A DNA stretch of 64,000 nt, taken from the NCBI GenBank assembly GCA_030704615.1, contig CM060732.1, positions 21,514,001 to 21,578,000 of the forward strand. Direction: 5' to 3'. This document shows positions 12,624 to 25,995 of the stretch, one piece after another. How positions within the stretch are numbered: position 1 is the stretch's first letter; every line of letters starts with the position of its first letter. The notes below the pieces were generated by a model. It was given only the letters and a program-made list of their open reading frames with translations, was not told the origin of the DNA and searched no databases. The translations under genes were made by a program, and so were the position numbers. Source of the DNA: Takakia lepidozioides (Eukaryota > Plantae > Bryophyta).

Positions 12624-15600
12624 TGTAACAAATTACACAGGATCTACTCTCATACATCATTGCATGTAATTAGAGAGAGTGAGGAAAAACATGGATCTAG
12701 ATATTCTTCTGTAATAATAATTACACTTCTTCTTTGTACGAAGAAGACAAAGAACTTATCTACAACTGTTCAAAGTAACCGTTGTAACCTTTCAGTTGAC
12801 CAATCGGTGTAACCCTAATCCTTGATACTTCAAGAGTTGTGTCTATTCACCATATAAGATGAAACCTAGAATTATGGATGAGATTATCTATCATTTCAAT
12901 ACTCCCCCTTAATCTATCCATAATCTAGACTTTGTCAATCTGATAGTAAATATTCTGAAAGCTAAGCACTCCAAATGCCTCTCTGCAATACTCATGTTTA
13001 GGCTTCGGAAGAGCCTTAGTTAAAGCATCAGCTAGCATCTCATTAGTGCTACAGTAAACTAGTTCTATCTGACCAGTTTCTACTTTTTCTCTTATAAAGT
13101 GATATCTGAGTTCTATATGCTTTGACCGATCGTGAAACCTAAGATTCTTTGTTAAAGCTATACACGACTGATTATCACAACATAAGACAGTAGCTTTTAA
13201 GCTTGGGATCCAAGTCCACTAATTAACTGCCTAAGCCATATTGCCTTCTTAGTTGCATGTGCAGCAGCCATATACTCTGCCTCGGTACTCGAGAGAGCTA
13301 TAGTGGCTTGTTTCTTGCTTTGCCACGATATCGCTCCTCCATTCATGCAATATATATAACCTGTGACAGAACGACGATTGTCTACATCTGCTGCCCAATC
13401 AGCGTCACACCATCCTTGAATAGTGTTTGCTGGTGAAGTCTCAACTTGAATCCCGTATCTATGTCCAAAAGTTATAGTGGCTTGAAGATACCTGAAAAGC
13501 CGCTTTATAGCAAGCCAATGTTGTTTTCCAGGATTTGCCATAAATTGTGAAACCTGACTTACAGGGAAAGCAAGGTCGGGTCGTGTACACACCATAATGT
13601 ACATCAGGCTGCCCACAGCACTCGAATTAGGAATATCTACCATCTCCTCTTGCTCAGATTTACTTTCAGGAGTCATTTCCTTGGAAAGCTTACTTCCTGG
13701 TTCCATTGGTGTAGAGATAGCTTTACATAATTCCATATTGAATTTCTTAAGTGTATCTCGTATATACTTTTCTTGAGATAAATGAATTATTCTTTTTCTT
13801 CTATCTCTAGATACTTGTATGCCGAGACAATACTCAATAGGACCATTATCTGTCATCTCAAACTCACTTGACGACTCCGATTTTGTTGCTTTTAGAAACT
13901 TTAAATCATTTCCAGCAATGATACAGTCATCAACATACAACCCTAACAATACAAAAGAAGCTTGATGGCGCTTAACATAGACATTCGAATCTGCTGGATT
14001 TTTAGCAAAACCAAATTTGAATAGATAAGAATCTATTCACTCATACCGTGCCCTTGGGGACTGTTTGAGGCAATAAGGGTTTTTAGTAGCCTACAAACCT
14101 TAGTTTATTTTCCCGCTTTGACATAGCCTTCATGCTGTTTCATATAAATCTCCTCATTTAGATAACCATTTAAGAACGCAGTCTTAACATCCATCTGGTG
14201 TATTTCCAGATCTAGGTTAGTAGCTAAAGAGAAGATTGTTCGTAAAGAGGTCATTCTTATCACCGGAGAGAATGTCTCATGATAATCAATACCTTCGGTT
14301 TGAGAATATCCGCGTGCTACCAATCTTGCTTTGAAACGAGCTATTGAACCGTCAACATTGTACTTCTTTCTTAAGACCCACTTACAGCTGACAATAGATC
14401 TGTTTATTGGAGGATCTACCAAAGTCCACGTTATGTTCTTTATAAGAGAGTCGTACTCAGAATAAAGAGCCTCTTGCCACTTATCTGCATTAAGTCCAGA
14501 CAAAGCCTCTGCTATTGTGGAAGGCTCATCAGTCTGTGTAAGAAAAGCATAAGCATTGCTGAGAGACTCTTTTAATTTTAAGGACGGTGTCCTTGTCCAA
14601 GTAGACCTACGTAAATTTTGTTGATCAACTTGTAATGTTGATTCAATTTCTCTTTCTTCTATCGTGGACCTTGTTGTCTCATGTCCAAATGGATCATGTG
14701 GTAACAACATACCAATACTCTCCTCTGTACTTGACGTAGGAGGATAACCACCTTCAGTTGACTGAACTTCTAGGTTCTGGCCTTGAGGTGCTGAACCTTG
14801 TTGTGCCAGCCTTGATTGTTCTACATTAGGTATGACAAGACCAATTATCTCATCATATTCATACTCCGTTTCTTCATGTTCCTTTGAACATTCAGAGGTA
14901 GTATCTATGGGTATCTTGGGGAATTGAGTAACGGTAGGAATTATATCTCCCCCTTCAGCACGAACCAGTGATTTTTCATCAAAGATGACATCACGGCTTA
15001 AAAATATCTTTTTGGTTTCTTTATCATAGACTTTATAAGCCTTTACCCCTTCTTGTTCCCCATACCCAATGAGTATGCATGGGAAACTTTTATAATCCCA
15101 CTTCTTTCTCAGTTCATCCGGGACATGAACATGAGCTGGACACCCAAAAACCCTAAGATTGCTTAAATCGGGTTTTCTACCATGCCACACCTCAAATGGG
15201 GTAGCATTTGACATTGAGGATGTGAGAGACCGATTTTGGAGATAGTAGGCAGTAGCCACTGCCTCTGCCCAAAAAGTCTTTGGCAGTTTTGCCAACTTGA
15301 GCATACACCGTGCACTTTCAACTAGGGTTCTATTTTTTCTTTCTGAAACCCCATTTTGTTGTGGAGTATAGGCAGTAGTGAATTGATGCACAATCCCATG
15401 ATGTTCACAGAATTGATTAAATTCATTCGATGCATATTCACCACCGCCGTCTGATCGAAAAACTTTGATGTTCTTTCATGTTTGTTTTCAGCATATGTTT
15501 TATAGATCTTGAACTTATCAAACACTTCATTCTTATGTTTTTGAAAGTAAATTACTGTGAAGCGTGATTTGTCATCTATAAATGTAGCAAAATACCTTGC

Positions 15601-17771
15601 TCCTCCCATTGCTTGAGTTTGCATGGGACCGCATATGTCTGAATGAATGATTTCGAGTACATCAATTGCACGAGTACCTCCACCTTGTGGAAATGCTTGG
15701 CGATGTTGCTTTCTTGCCATACAACTCTGGCATACAGACAATTCTCTTAGTTGTCCACTTAAACCGATAACCATTTCTTTACTTTGCATGTCTTTTATGG
15801 TTTTCAAATTTAAGTGACCCAATCTCTGATGCCATAGTAGAGCCCGATCTTCCTCTTTTGTTAGTACGGAGAGACCACACTCTGATGTAGGAACACCAAC
15901 ACCAACTGGGTATAGTGCACCTTGCAATGAACAAGTGATGGCAGTCGGATTTCCTGCCCTTCTTATGGTACACTTATCTAGTGTAAACTCGAAGCTTGTT
16001 CCAGCTTGAGTCGATTTATCAACGGACAACAAATTCTTTTTCAGCCCTGATACATGAAGCACGTCTTGTACGTCGGTTCTCAATCCTGATGTAGTACTGA
16101 TTGTTACTATGCCCTGTCCTACAGCTTGTTGAGTGCTATTATCTCCCAAATATATTGGTATGGGAGAATCAAAAAAATTATAGGAACTGAACCACTCTCC
16201 GTGAGGAGACATATGCTGGGAAGCACCAGAGTCCAGATACCATGTATCTTTAGAAATGGTGCCAACAGACAAACAAGCAGTAAACAATTGAATACCAATT
16301 GAATCACTAGAATTGGCCGTATTAGCTTGGGACTTAAATATCCCGTTGGCTCTATCTGCTGCTTTAATCTACATTCAGCAGCGATGTGCCCCTTCTTACG
16401 ACAATAGAAACAAAGCCATTTCTTTCTTTTGGAGTCATTTCGAACATCAGAGGAGCTTCCACTTCCCTCTTGATTTCTCTTGTTGGATTTTTGACCAAAT
16501 CCATTTTGACTATGAAAGTTGCATTTGTTCCACCTTTTTGTCTTTTTTGCCTGGATGGCTTGTGTAAAATGCTGAAGATGACGCGTTCCCTTTTCTCGAG
16601 GAACTACTATTCATGGCTTCTTCTTGTTGTAGTCTTCCACATAACGTTGGATAAGACAGTTCAGGGTTGTTGCCCACGGTTGTTACAAACGACCGCCATG
16701 AAGGAGGCAAACTCGATAGGAGTTGTATTACAGCCTCATCATCTAAGATTTCCAAACCGGTTGCAACCATGTGGTTTAACATGCCTTGGAATGATACCAA
16801 GAATGCTGTAACAGGTTCTCCTTCCTTCATTTCCATTCCCATGAATTTCTTCTTAAGCATTAATTGCGTGGCTCTATCAGTATGTTCATAGAGCCTTGTG
16901 AAGTATTCCCAAACTTCACTGGCCGTATCAAGATTTCTGACCATCGCTAACTGACTGTCTCCGCAGTTCAGAAGGATGTCACACTTGGCTCTAGCGTTCT
17001 TAAGTTGCCAGGCCTCTTGCTCGTCAGGATCATCTGGACCCTGGGTCTTGATCAACACCTTTTACTACATTTAGTAAATCATTTCTTAGCAACAGAATTT
17101 CAATTTTCATTTTCCAAATTGTGAAATTTGTGCCATTTAGTTTTTCAATCATTATGGAACGATGCTCAGAAGGTACCGATGCCATGGTAGACTCTGATTG
17201 TTAAATCAGATTAGTACCACGGACCAGCAGTGCTTATGGTTGATGGTGTGCACTGATCGTTGGATCAGGCTAGTACCACAACCAAGTGGAACTGCTTACC
17301 CTTCTATTTTGATATCTCTTAATCCTCAATCATATTGATGAAGGACTCGGAAATATAAGAGAATGAACACATTCCACATGAGAATATTATATCTATGTTT
17401 TCTTTGAATCTATTAGAGAATGAGCCCATCATCTTTCTTATTAGAAAGAGAATGCTCATCTCTATCTTTTCTTCTAATCTAGCTCTGATACCATGTAACA
17501 AATTACACAGGATCTACTCTCATACATCATTGCATGTAATTAGAGAGAGTGAGGAAAAACATTGATCTAGATATTCTTTTGTAATAATAATTACACTTCT
17601 TCTCTGTATGAAGAAGACAAAGAACTTATCTACAACTATTCAAAGTAACCGTTGTAACCTTTCAGTTGACCAATCGGTGTAACCCTAATCTTTGATACTT
17701 CAAGAGTTGTGTCTATTCACCATATCAGATGAAACCTAGAATTATGGATGAGATTATCTATCATTTCAATA
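12624..17771 (-). mobile_element. Near-complete Ty1/copia LTR retrotransposon (gag-PR-INT-RT-RH, frameshifted)
   Basis: 278-bp LTRs 12624-12901 and 17494-17771 (7 mismatches counted by eye); TSD CCGAC on both sides; iMet PBS 17482-17493; PPT complement ctccccctt 12902-12910; ORFs 16510-17058 gag, 15322-16287 PR (WYLDSGAS) and integrase start, 14105-15391 INT/RT, 13197-13949 RT (YVDD)/RH. Confidence 0.97.
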
Positions 17772-18280
17772 CCGACCGCTTCACTGTTTGTTTTAATTAT
17801 CTGTTTTAATTATCTATCCTCCTAGACGATTCACAGCGCACTGCCGCATCAGTTAACAACTTCTGCAAAAGATCTGCTCATAAATTTCCAAAGCAGTGAT
17901 ATGTTGACGAACTGGACTAGAAATGAAGTTCCCTGAACAACAGTTCCATTATGGTCACTAACCATTGTGGCCACAACAATTGTCTGTTGTCTCGTCCTTC
18001 AGGAGCTGCAGTCACAACTCATGACCACTACAATCGACCACGGAGGTCCTCCTGAAGCCACAAATTGGGTAGCATTGCAGCTTGATGATGGCACCCAAAC
18101 ATTTATCCAATTCTTAGATCTTCACTAGTTAAAGTTTTTTGTGTGACCTGTAGGCAATTTCTACAGTTTCTTATCTTCTTTGATCTTCACCCAGCTTGAT
18201 CTGCTATTGAGTGAACACTAACTCACAGGTGTTGTGCATAGTTCGGTTGCGAAGAATGGCATTTATCGACGGGCCGTGGC

Positions 18281-19349
18281 TATTGGAAGTATGAAAAGTA
18301 GATCAGTTAGTTGGTATCTGAACAGACAAATTAGAAAGAACAGATATGAGTAGTCATAGGACATGACTCTGTAAATCTTATGTGAAGAGACAAGTAGCTC
18401 TTAAGGACCTTTAAAAGGGAGCTCCGCGGGGGTGAAGCACATAACTAACTAAAAAATATGACTTCTATGGCTGGGAGGAGAGTTCCTCATAATATCTATA
18501 AAGCTGTCAATAATTTATACATGGTATCAGAGGCATAGATCCATAGACAAAAGAGAGTATGGCCTCAGGAGAGTCTCGGGTCATTACAGACAAATTTGAT
18601 GGCACTAATTTTCACACTAGAAAGTTAGGATGGAGATGGTACTGTTGGATATGGATCTTTGGAAGGTAGTAGATGGGATTGAAGCCAGACCCGCTACTCC
18701 AACCAGACAACCTGCATGTGATAAGAGGGATAATCAAGCACATGCTAGCATTCTTCTTAACGTGAAAGATTCAACATTACAACGTGTCCCTCGAGCCAAA
18801 CCATCAAAAGAAGCCTCTACAGGGGTTATATGCATCTAAAAATATAACTTCTAAGATATATTTAACCAGACAACTGTACGGACTGAGAATGGCTGAAGAG
18901 GCCAATATTACTGATCAAGCAAATTCATATAAAAAGTTGCTACGTCAGATTAACGGGCCGCATGATCACCAGTGAGTGATGCAGATAGTGCAATGGTTTT
19001 TTTGTCAACATTACCAAAGTCCTATGAAGGACTAGTCGTACCTGAGATTGGCAAGGAACTTGGTTTCTGTAAGTCAAGTAGTTGACACTGGGTTCCAGGT
19101 AGAATTTACCACTCACACTTGTTTTTTTAAGAACAAGGAAGGTAATGAGATTACCACGACACATCGAGATGGCAACCTATATACAGACTAGGTGTGTCAG
19201 ATGTTAATGAAAGCAAATGTGAGAATACTTGTTTAACTGCAGTAGAAACAACTGTCAGTAAACTCACAGACATGGAGTTATGGCACCGTCGATTTGGTCA
19301 TCTAGGGCTAGACAGCCTCAAGATGTTACACAAAGAAAAGATGGTCACA
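18281..19349 (+). mobile_element. 5' half of a Ty1/copia element (LTR, PBS, decayed gag to GAG-pre-integrase); partner of 4405-5700
   Basis: LTR 18281-18521; PBS tggtatcagaggc; gag DKFDGTNF..DLWKVVDG; ELWHRRFGHLG at ~19275. Confidence 0.9.
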
Positions 19350-21609
19350 TCAGGAGCATCTAGGGGATTGTGGATGAAGCGGGCATCTATTGCTAGGTTT
19401 GGGAGGTGTGTTGTAAGTGCAGTATGGCTAGGTAGTTGTGGTTAGTGGACTTATAGGAATGCAGTGAGTAGGTCAAGGTCGTGGGCTGGGTCACAATATC
19501 TTCATCCTGGACCCGAATAAGTCATCCTCGACTTGCCAGGTGTATGTCTTCGGATGAGTATCTGGCCATGTACATAGGTAAAACGGGTCTAGACATGTGG
19601 CGCCGTATTCATCGATAGTGGTTCAGTTATGAGTTCCTAGAATAGCTTCAAATGATGAAGGCTTCCAGGGTTGTCTGGGTTGATTTGTGTGGGTTCTGGG
19701 GATGAAAGTGGAGTTGAGTGGGGACAATGGGCATTGGGGGACTGAGTGGGAGTAGTGCATGGGGTGGGTAGAGTCAGATGAAGTGGCTATAGCTAGGGTG
19801 CCGTACAGATTCGGACAGTGGGGGAGGTGGCGGGACTGTTGGTGATATGGGGTAGGTGTACGCGTTTTAGAGGGTCAGGGGATGTTGTTTTTGCCTACCA
19901 TCTTACTGAGAATAGAGGGGGCCAGATTTGATCTATATTGAGGGAGGAGGTCTTGGGTGTGGTGGGGGAAGAGTTTGCATGGGAGATCACATTCGAGAGT
20001 ACAGGATGGAGTTTTATGACAGAAAAGGTTTCAAAGTAGGGCGAGATAACGGCCGTTTGATAGTAGTTATTGGGTATTATGAGATTGAATTCTTAGGCGT
20101 GAGATAACCTATATCCAGAGGCTGTAGATGAGTTGGCCGTGAGTGTTGTAATGTTTTTGGTTTTAAAGTAGGCTAATGTGGGGTTTTTTTGGCGAGGGTG
20201 GAGGTTCGAATTCGGTGAGAGATGGGCTATTGAGCCAAGCTTAGCAAAGGCGGGGATAGTGTTGGATAGCCCGGAATGGTCGCGTTTGTATGCTGATGTT
20301 TAGCTGACGGAGAATGTATAGAGTTCTGGTAGTGGGGGAGTGGCGACAAAATTGTGGATGAAGGGTGGGTAGTGAGTAAAGACCATTATTGTTGTCGGCA
20401 AGGAAGTAGGAGGGAGACCCGAGTATATAAATCCCAGTCGACCAGGATCATTTAGTGCCTCTTAAAGTTGTGTGCCAAGGGTGCAGGCATAAGAGGAAAT
20501 GAGGGGGGTGGTACCAATGCCATAGCTATCTGTCGGGAGTTGGGATTAAGTGCATCTGGGGTGACTAGTGGGTAGCCCACAGATACGCTTAGTAAATTGG
20601 ACAAAATGCTTGTACAATTATCTAAGTCTGAGAAGGAGGAGAGGTGTTGCGTGAATAGGAGTATTAAACCTGTGTGTTTAAGTACTGTTTGGATAAGGGA
20701 AATGTCTGTGGGACGAATGGCCACATTGGGGATTTGAGGAGTGCTAGCTGCCCTGTCGGACAATTGAGAGATCGTAGTGGCTTTTTGTATATGCCATGTG
20801 AGTGATGGGACAAGTTGTATACCTAGATAGGTATAGGGTTCGTCAGGGCCCTGAGAAGAGGAAGTTTTATTTTAGTAGTGGATATGTAGTTTGCAGTGGG
20901 AAGCCATTGTAGACTTAGTGAGTATGCTATGGTGGGTAGGCCACTAGCAGTGACAACGCATTTGTGGAGGCTTAGTTCCATACCTGACCATTGATTGAAT
21001 CTGAATAGCTTGTCAACTTGTCTATTTAGATGACCCTGAGGCTTATGGGCTAGTATGGCAAGGTCAGTCGGCACCATATGCGGCCACGGAGATTTCGATT
21101 ATTAAGAAGTTTTGTAGCGGTAGCCCAAGTTTGCCACGATCGATCCATCTTAGAAGGGGCTCTTAAAAGATGATGAATAGAGACTGCGTTAGTGTACGTC
21201 ACATTGGATAGTTCCTCTCAGGATGGGGATAGGGGGGGTGGAGCCATAGTATGAGCCAACATATTCCGTGGAATTGCGGGTGTAAATGTTGCCAATGAGT
21301 TGGATGACATCAGTTGGGTATCCCAGGTCCGTCATAATGGCAAGGAGACGAGCGTGATCTAGAGATCCAAAGGCATTCTTGAAGTCGATGTATAAGAGGT
21401 AGATGTCTTGTTTGGTAAGTGGGAGACTCCAAGTGCCAGATACACATATGGATTTGCGCGGGGGTACACCTGGGGTCAATAAGAATGCAGTGGGTGTTCT
21501 CCATAGACTGGAGAAACATCGTGTGGTAACATCTAGTGAAGAGTTTGTATATAGTGTGGCCAGGCTTATGGGACGGTTAGGTGAACCGAGATCAAATGGG
21601 GTCTCCTTT
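19350..21609 (-). mobile_element. Middle part of the Dualen/RandI-like LINE: reverse transcriptase and downstream region, decayed
   Basis: KGDP..RPISLA, IYLLYIDFKNAFGSLDH, LRGTIQCD..LF.IF..PLLRWI, DLAIL, WSGMELSLHKCVVT; RGTIQGD/PLLRW is characteristic of Dualen RTs. Confidence 0.8.
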
Positions 21610-21830
21610 GGTCTGTGCATACATATCGAAACACCTCAACATCGGCTGTCCAAAACCACACAAATTATGGCACACCAAACACTAGTCTATCACATATCCA
21701 CCACTAGTATACCACTAGGCTAGCCACTAAGGACAACCAATAAGCCACCACTAGTGCAGCCACTAGTCCACCACTAGGCTGCCATAGCCACCACTAGGAC
21801 CAGCCACTAGTCCATCACCTAGGACTACAC
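21610..21830 (-). repeat. Repeat B, terminal copy (second copy at ~22177-22430), rich in ccactag units
   Basis: caaaaccacacaa..gcacaccaaacactagt..atcacata..ccactagtgc.agccactagtcca is present in both copies. Confidence 0.8.
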
Positions 21831-21892
21831 TGCCCGCTCCATCACAATGCATACTGGAAGGATGAGACAAGCTCTTTTTTTTTTTTTTTATT

Positions 21893-22176
21893 TCTCAAAC
21901 TCACACACTCGCACCATGAAAACATCACTCATATAATAAGTTGAGTCAAGTGCACTCCACGCCATGGGGAATCCACACTACGGGCCTACTAGACGCGCGT
22001 GAGGCTCAACTCGATAAAGATGAGGCCACCGACCGATCTGCCATGAAGATAACAACGCCAGGTGCCCAAACATGTATTGGCCCCTGGATTGACACTTGGG
22101 TCAATCCCAAAGGTCAATATATAAAAGCTAGCTATTTCCTAGCTTAACTTCACACCAGTGGTAAAATAACTTGACA
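21893..22176 (-). repeat. Repeat A, internal 3' copy
   Basis: Matches 29913-30200 (tctcaaactcacacactcgc...gtggtaaaataact.gaca); followed on the minus strand by an A-run. Confidence 0.9.
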
Positions 22177-24974
22177 GCATCGTGCGTATACAATAGTCCT
22201 ATACACATACATCGATATGTCTCAAAACCACACAACATAATGTGCACACCAAACACTAGTAATCACATAGCTCCACCTAGTAATGCCACCACTAGTGCCA
22301 GCCACTAGTCCACCACTAAGTACACAACCATCGGCACACTAGTGCAACCATTAGTCCAACCACTAGTGCAGCCACTAGCCACCACTAGTGCACGAGCACT
22401 AGTCTATCACTAGGCTGCCACTAGTCCATAACAATCTGCCCCCTAGCTGGCGACTTTAGGAGGAGTCCCTCTAAGTCCAGGTAGCCACAATAGTGATGGT
22501 GGGCCATAACCTCACTAGGGCTCCTCCACCATTGTCCCTACTACACTCAAACTCAATAGATCAAGAAGGCCGGGTACAAGAGTTGCCCCATCTTTAGTCA
22601 CCGCTGCAACCTGTTGAACTTGAGACCTGAGATCTCTGGGTATTGACTCATATGAGCTTGGCCTCCCAGTCTGTGAGCTGCCACTAGTCATATCCACTGC
22701 CACTATCCCAAGCAGTGTGGACACATAACCCGTCTCCATCAGGAACCCTATCAAGAGATGGTTGTCAAGCATCCCATATGCTAACCTCTTGAGCATCGAT
22801 CACACACCAGATAGCTTGGCGGCACATACGAGCATGCCCACCTAACATTGTAACGCAACCCGCAGGTACCACTGCAAGGTTGCGGATCTATAATTTCCAT
22901 CCACTAGTTGCAAGGTGACATGGCGCACAATTACGCACATGGTCTTTCCATACCATGCCATCTCGACCCTCCAGAATCAACACTCCAGAAGAGCAACCCC
23001 TCCCGCCAACCTTCAGAATTACAGTCCTGCTAGGTGACATCCAAGGTCCTAAGGCGCTGTCTGTTGCAGATACATATAGATCCCAGGGGTGGAAACGCCG
23101 AACACCTGGTCGATATCCCCGTCCACGTATAGAGACATACCTTAATGCTGTTTCGGTGTTGGGCAATAGAAAGATCTCAAAAGCCATAGGCATGCACTCT
23201 CTTGAACAACTCTGTCCGTTGGGCACATGCTTGTGTCCAACACATCCAGATCATCAAGGTTAGAGGACTATTGCAGCCTCCGCGAATAGATGCAGACAAA
23301 ATCTGGCTCTAGGCCAAAAGAGAATGAAATATGGTGAGAAGCGAGGCAAGTGATGCTTGCTTGCTAAACCTGTAGCCCATGGTAACCAAGGGTACCTGGA
23401 GACATTCCCAATCTCCTAGGTGTCTTTTTGCAAGCCCATACTTGCGCAAACCCCCTCACACCGTCTAGCCCACCATCTCTCTGCCAAGCCATCGGCCTCA
23501 GGATGATCCCGAGAAGTGGTTACGGTGGTCTATCAAGGCTTAACAACAAAGCCGTGAAACTCCCCCAAGAACTCTCTCCCTTGCGTCCGTAGATGCTACC
23601 TCAGTTGAGACCACACACAGAATCAGCTAAGCACACCGATCCAGGATACATACGCAGCCCCCCTCACTAGCCTGAGTCAGGCAATGGAACCAACTAAATC
23701 CACTTGGAGAAGTCGACCACCATACACCAAGTACATATCTGTGGTGACGCATAAGTCAGAGTGACAAAGGCCCTGCCAAAGTCAAGCTCCACCTGTAGCC
23801 ACAATCCCATAATGGGTATAAGGATGTCAAACAGTGAGTGCTAGGTACGGAGGCATGAATGTGAAAGCACACTACCCTGCGTCACACACCATGCACCTAG
23901 CCACGAACTGTTGCACTCTGTGTGCATACCATGCCACCAATACCTGCCCTGATAGCTAAAATATGAGTGCGTCGCACTCCAAAAGGCCCCAAGCTCCTCA
24001 TGCGCATGCCGCCACTAACCGCTGCACGCTGTGTTGGGCCAGGTAAGGCACGATCCTCACCGACCATCCTCCCACATCGAAGCAGGTGTATCCCCTCTCC
24101 ACTTGAATACCTCTTGGCTCGAGTTGCATTTGGGATCCGAATACCCTCTCCTGGCGTACACACTAGCTGCCGTAGTCTCCAGTGCGCAGATGTTAGTCCA
24201 ACCACAAGCTGAATCCTCATGTTATATCTCTGGCACAACCTGGCTCATCACTAGCTCAGAGGTCCTCAGTGACACTCCGCTCTATAGTCATCCCTAGTTG
24301 TAGGTCCAACCTGCCCCCCTCCCTGATGCCAAGATACACAAAAAGGTGGATGCATGCCATCCCGACCACCATATCCTACGTCTGTCTCACCATGCCACAC
24401 GAGCTACCAGTGTCATCCTATGGGGCTTGTGCATGGATTGCCACGACTCAATCCATCCGCATCCTATACAACCGAACATGTCTCTCATGGTCCTCCACCG
24501 TAGACACGAGAGGCAAAGCAATTCTGAAGCCTCAGGAACCGTTGTATACATCGTCTCTCTCCTCTTAGTGACAATAGATCCAATCGCAGGCTCCCAAGTG
24601 CCCCTTCGTAACTGCCAACCTTAAGTCCAGCAGACTTAGAGGTAGAGGACGCGTCCCGTGCGTTGCTATGCCGCACCTCTTGAGCAGTACTTCCTACCTG
24701 CTCAGTCAATGAAAGGCCTCATCCTTGCCCCATCATCTCATCCTTGAGGACCTCCTCAACCCTGAGAAGAATCCCAACCTCATCCATCACAGCCACCTTG
24801 GACTGCCAACTCCCTCTGAACTCGAGCACCTCTACGTGTGCCAGGATGTCTACCACCCCGTGGTCCCTCACCGGCTCGCCCCACTCACTGCCCCCCCTGT
24901 ACCGTCTCGGTAGGCAGAGAGACCGTCAAGGGAAGTGTAATCCGCCACTCTACGGTGCTCAGCCATAGCCAAGC

Positions 24975-25995
24975 TGAATAATCCAGGTCAAGACAATTTA
25001 AGATCCATCGCTTTGCCCAACACCCGACGACGTGATGCCTCAGAAATAGAGGAGGCCACACCGCCGTGGTCTAGTGGAAAACCCATAGCCCGAACACTCT
25101 CGCTCGTCTGGATTAGCTCCCACTAACTGCTGCAACTGAGATCCCACATGGATGTCAGCAGTCACAGCTACTCGGAAAGCATGCGATCCTGGGAAGCGAG
25201 AGTGTAGCGTAGTGCTGCTCGTGAGTCGACCCACCTTGTTGACCACTACCAAAGGCAAATTGGTCATCGTGTCTCACACGCTTGGACATGCCATCCCTGT
25301 GTCCAAAATGCCTATCCACTATGAGCGTGGGTAGCCGCCCCCGCCACCCCTCCCCCCCCTGCACCCATCAAATGTACGCTTAAGCAGTGCGGGTGGCATC
25401 AAGTTAGTTCAAAAATACCGTGGACGATGAGCCGTGCACACCCACCCAGCTGTATACAGCAACACTGCCTGCACCAAGCCACGACCTGGACTGATGCCAC
25501 ATGGCCATCACCCTGGACTGAGAATTTGCCCATCAGTGGCACATTCTCCAAGATGTTGCACTGGAAGATACAGCTTGATGAAGCTATAAGTGGCGCAAAC
25601 CGCACCATCTCCAAAAACAGACCGACCTCGAGTCTCGCAATCCATCGCCATGCCCGGGCTGATGAATGCCCTTGCGACGGACAACTAGCCACTACCAAAT
25701 CTATGGAGCCAACCCGCTCCAAATCCTGAAGGCCCCAGAGCAACGAAAAGTCTCCTGGCAAGCGCCTGATGATATCCACAACTGTAGACACCGGCAACAA
25801 CTCAGGGTATTGCTGCACCAACTGAGCAACATGCGTAGGAGACGCGTCGTGCAGTCTCATCCCTCTCCATATACAGGTAACGCCGCTACCGCCTACACCT
25901 AGCCTGTGAAGAACAGCAGCAATACGGTTGCTTGACTAATCCCGCCAAACAAGATCCAAAAGGCAAATGCCTTCATCGGACACTACCACATGATC
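24975..25995 (-). pseudogene. DNMT3-type cytosine-5 DNA methyltransferase domain carried in the retrotransposon pol
   Basis: Motifs in canonical order across frameshifts: I LDL/FGGIS, II RYLYMERD, IV IDLVVASCPSQGHS, VI ILENV, VIII AHRPRYF*TNL, IX NPDERE..GF, X RRRVLGKAMD. Confidence 0.85.

Noticed and set aside
21690-22430. CRISPR-like array from ccactag repeats (also the 32041-32146 repeat)
   Set aside because: Short tandem units without unique spacers, eukaryotic context, no cas genes
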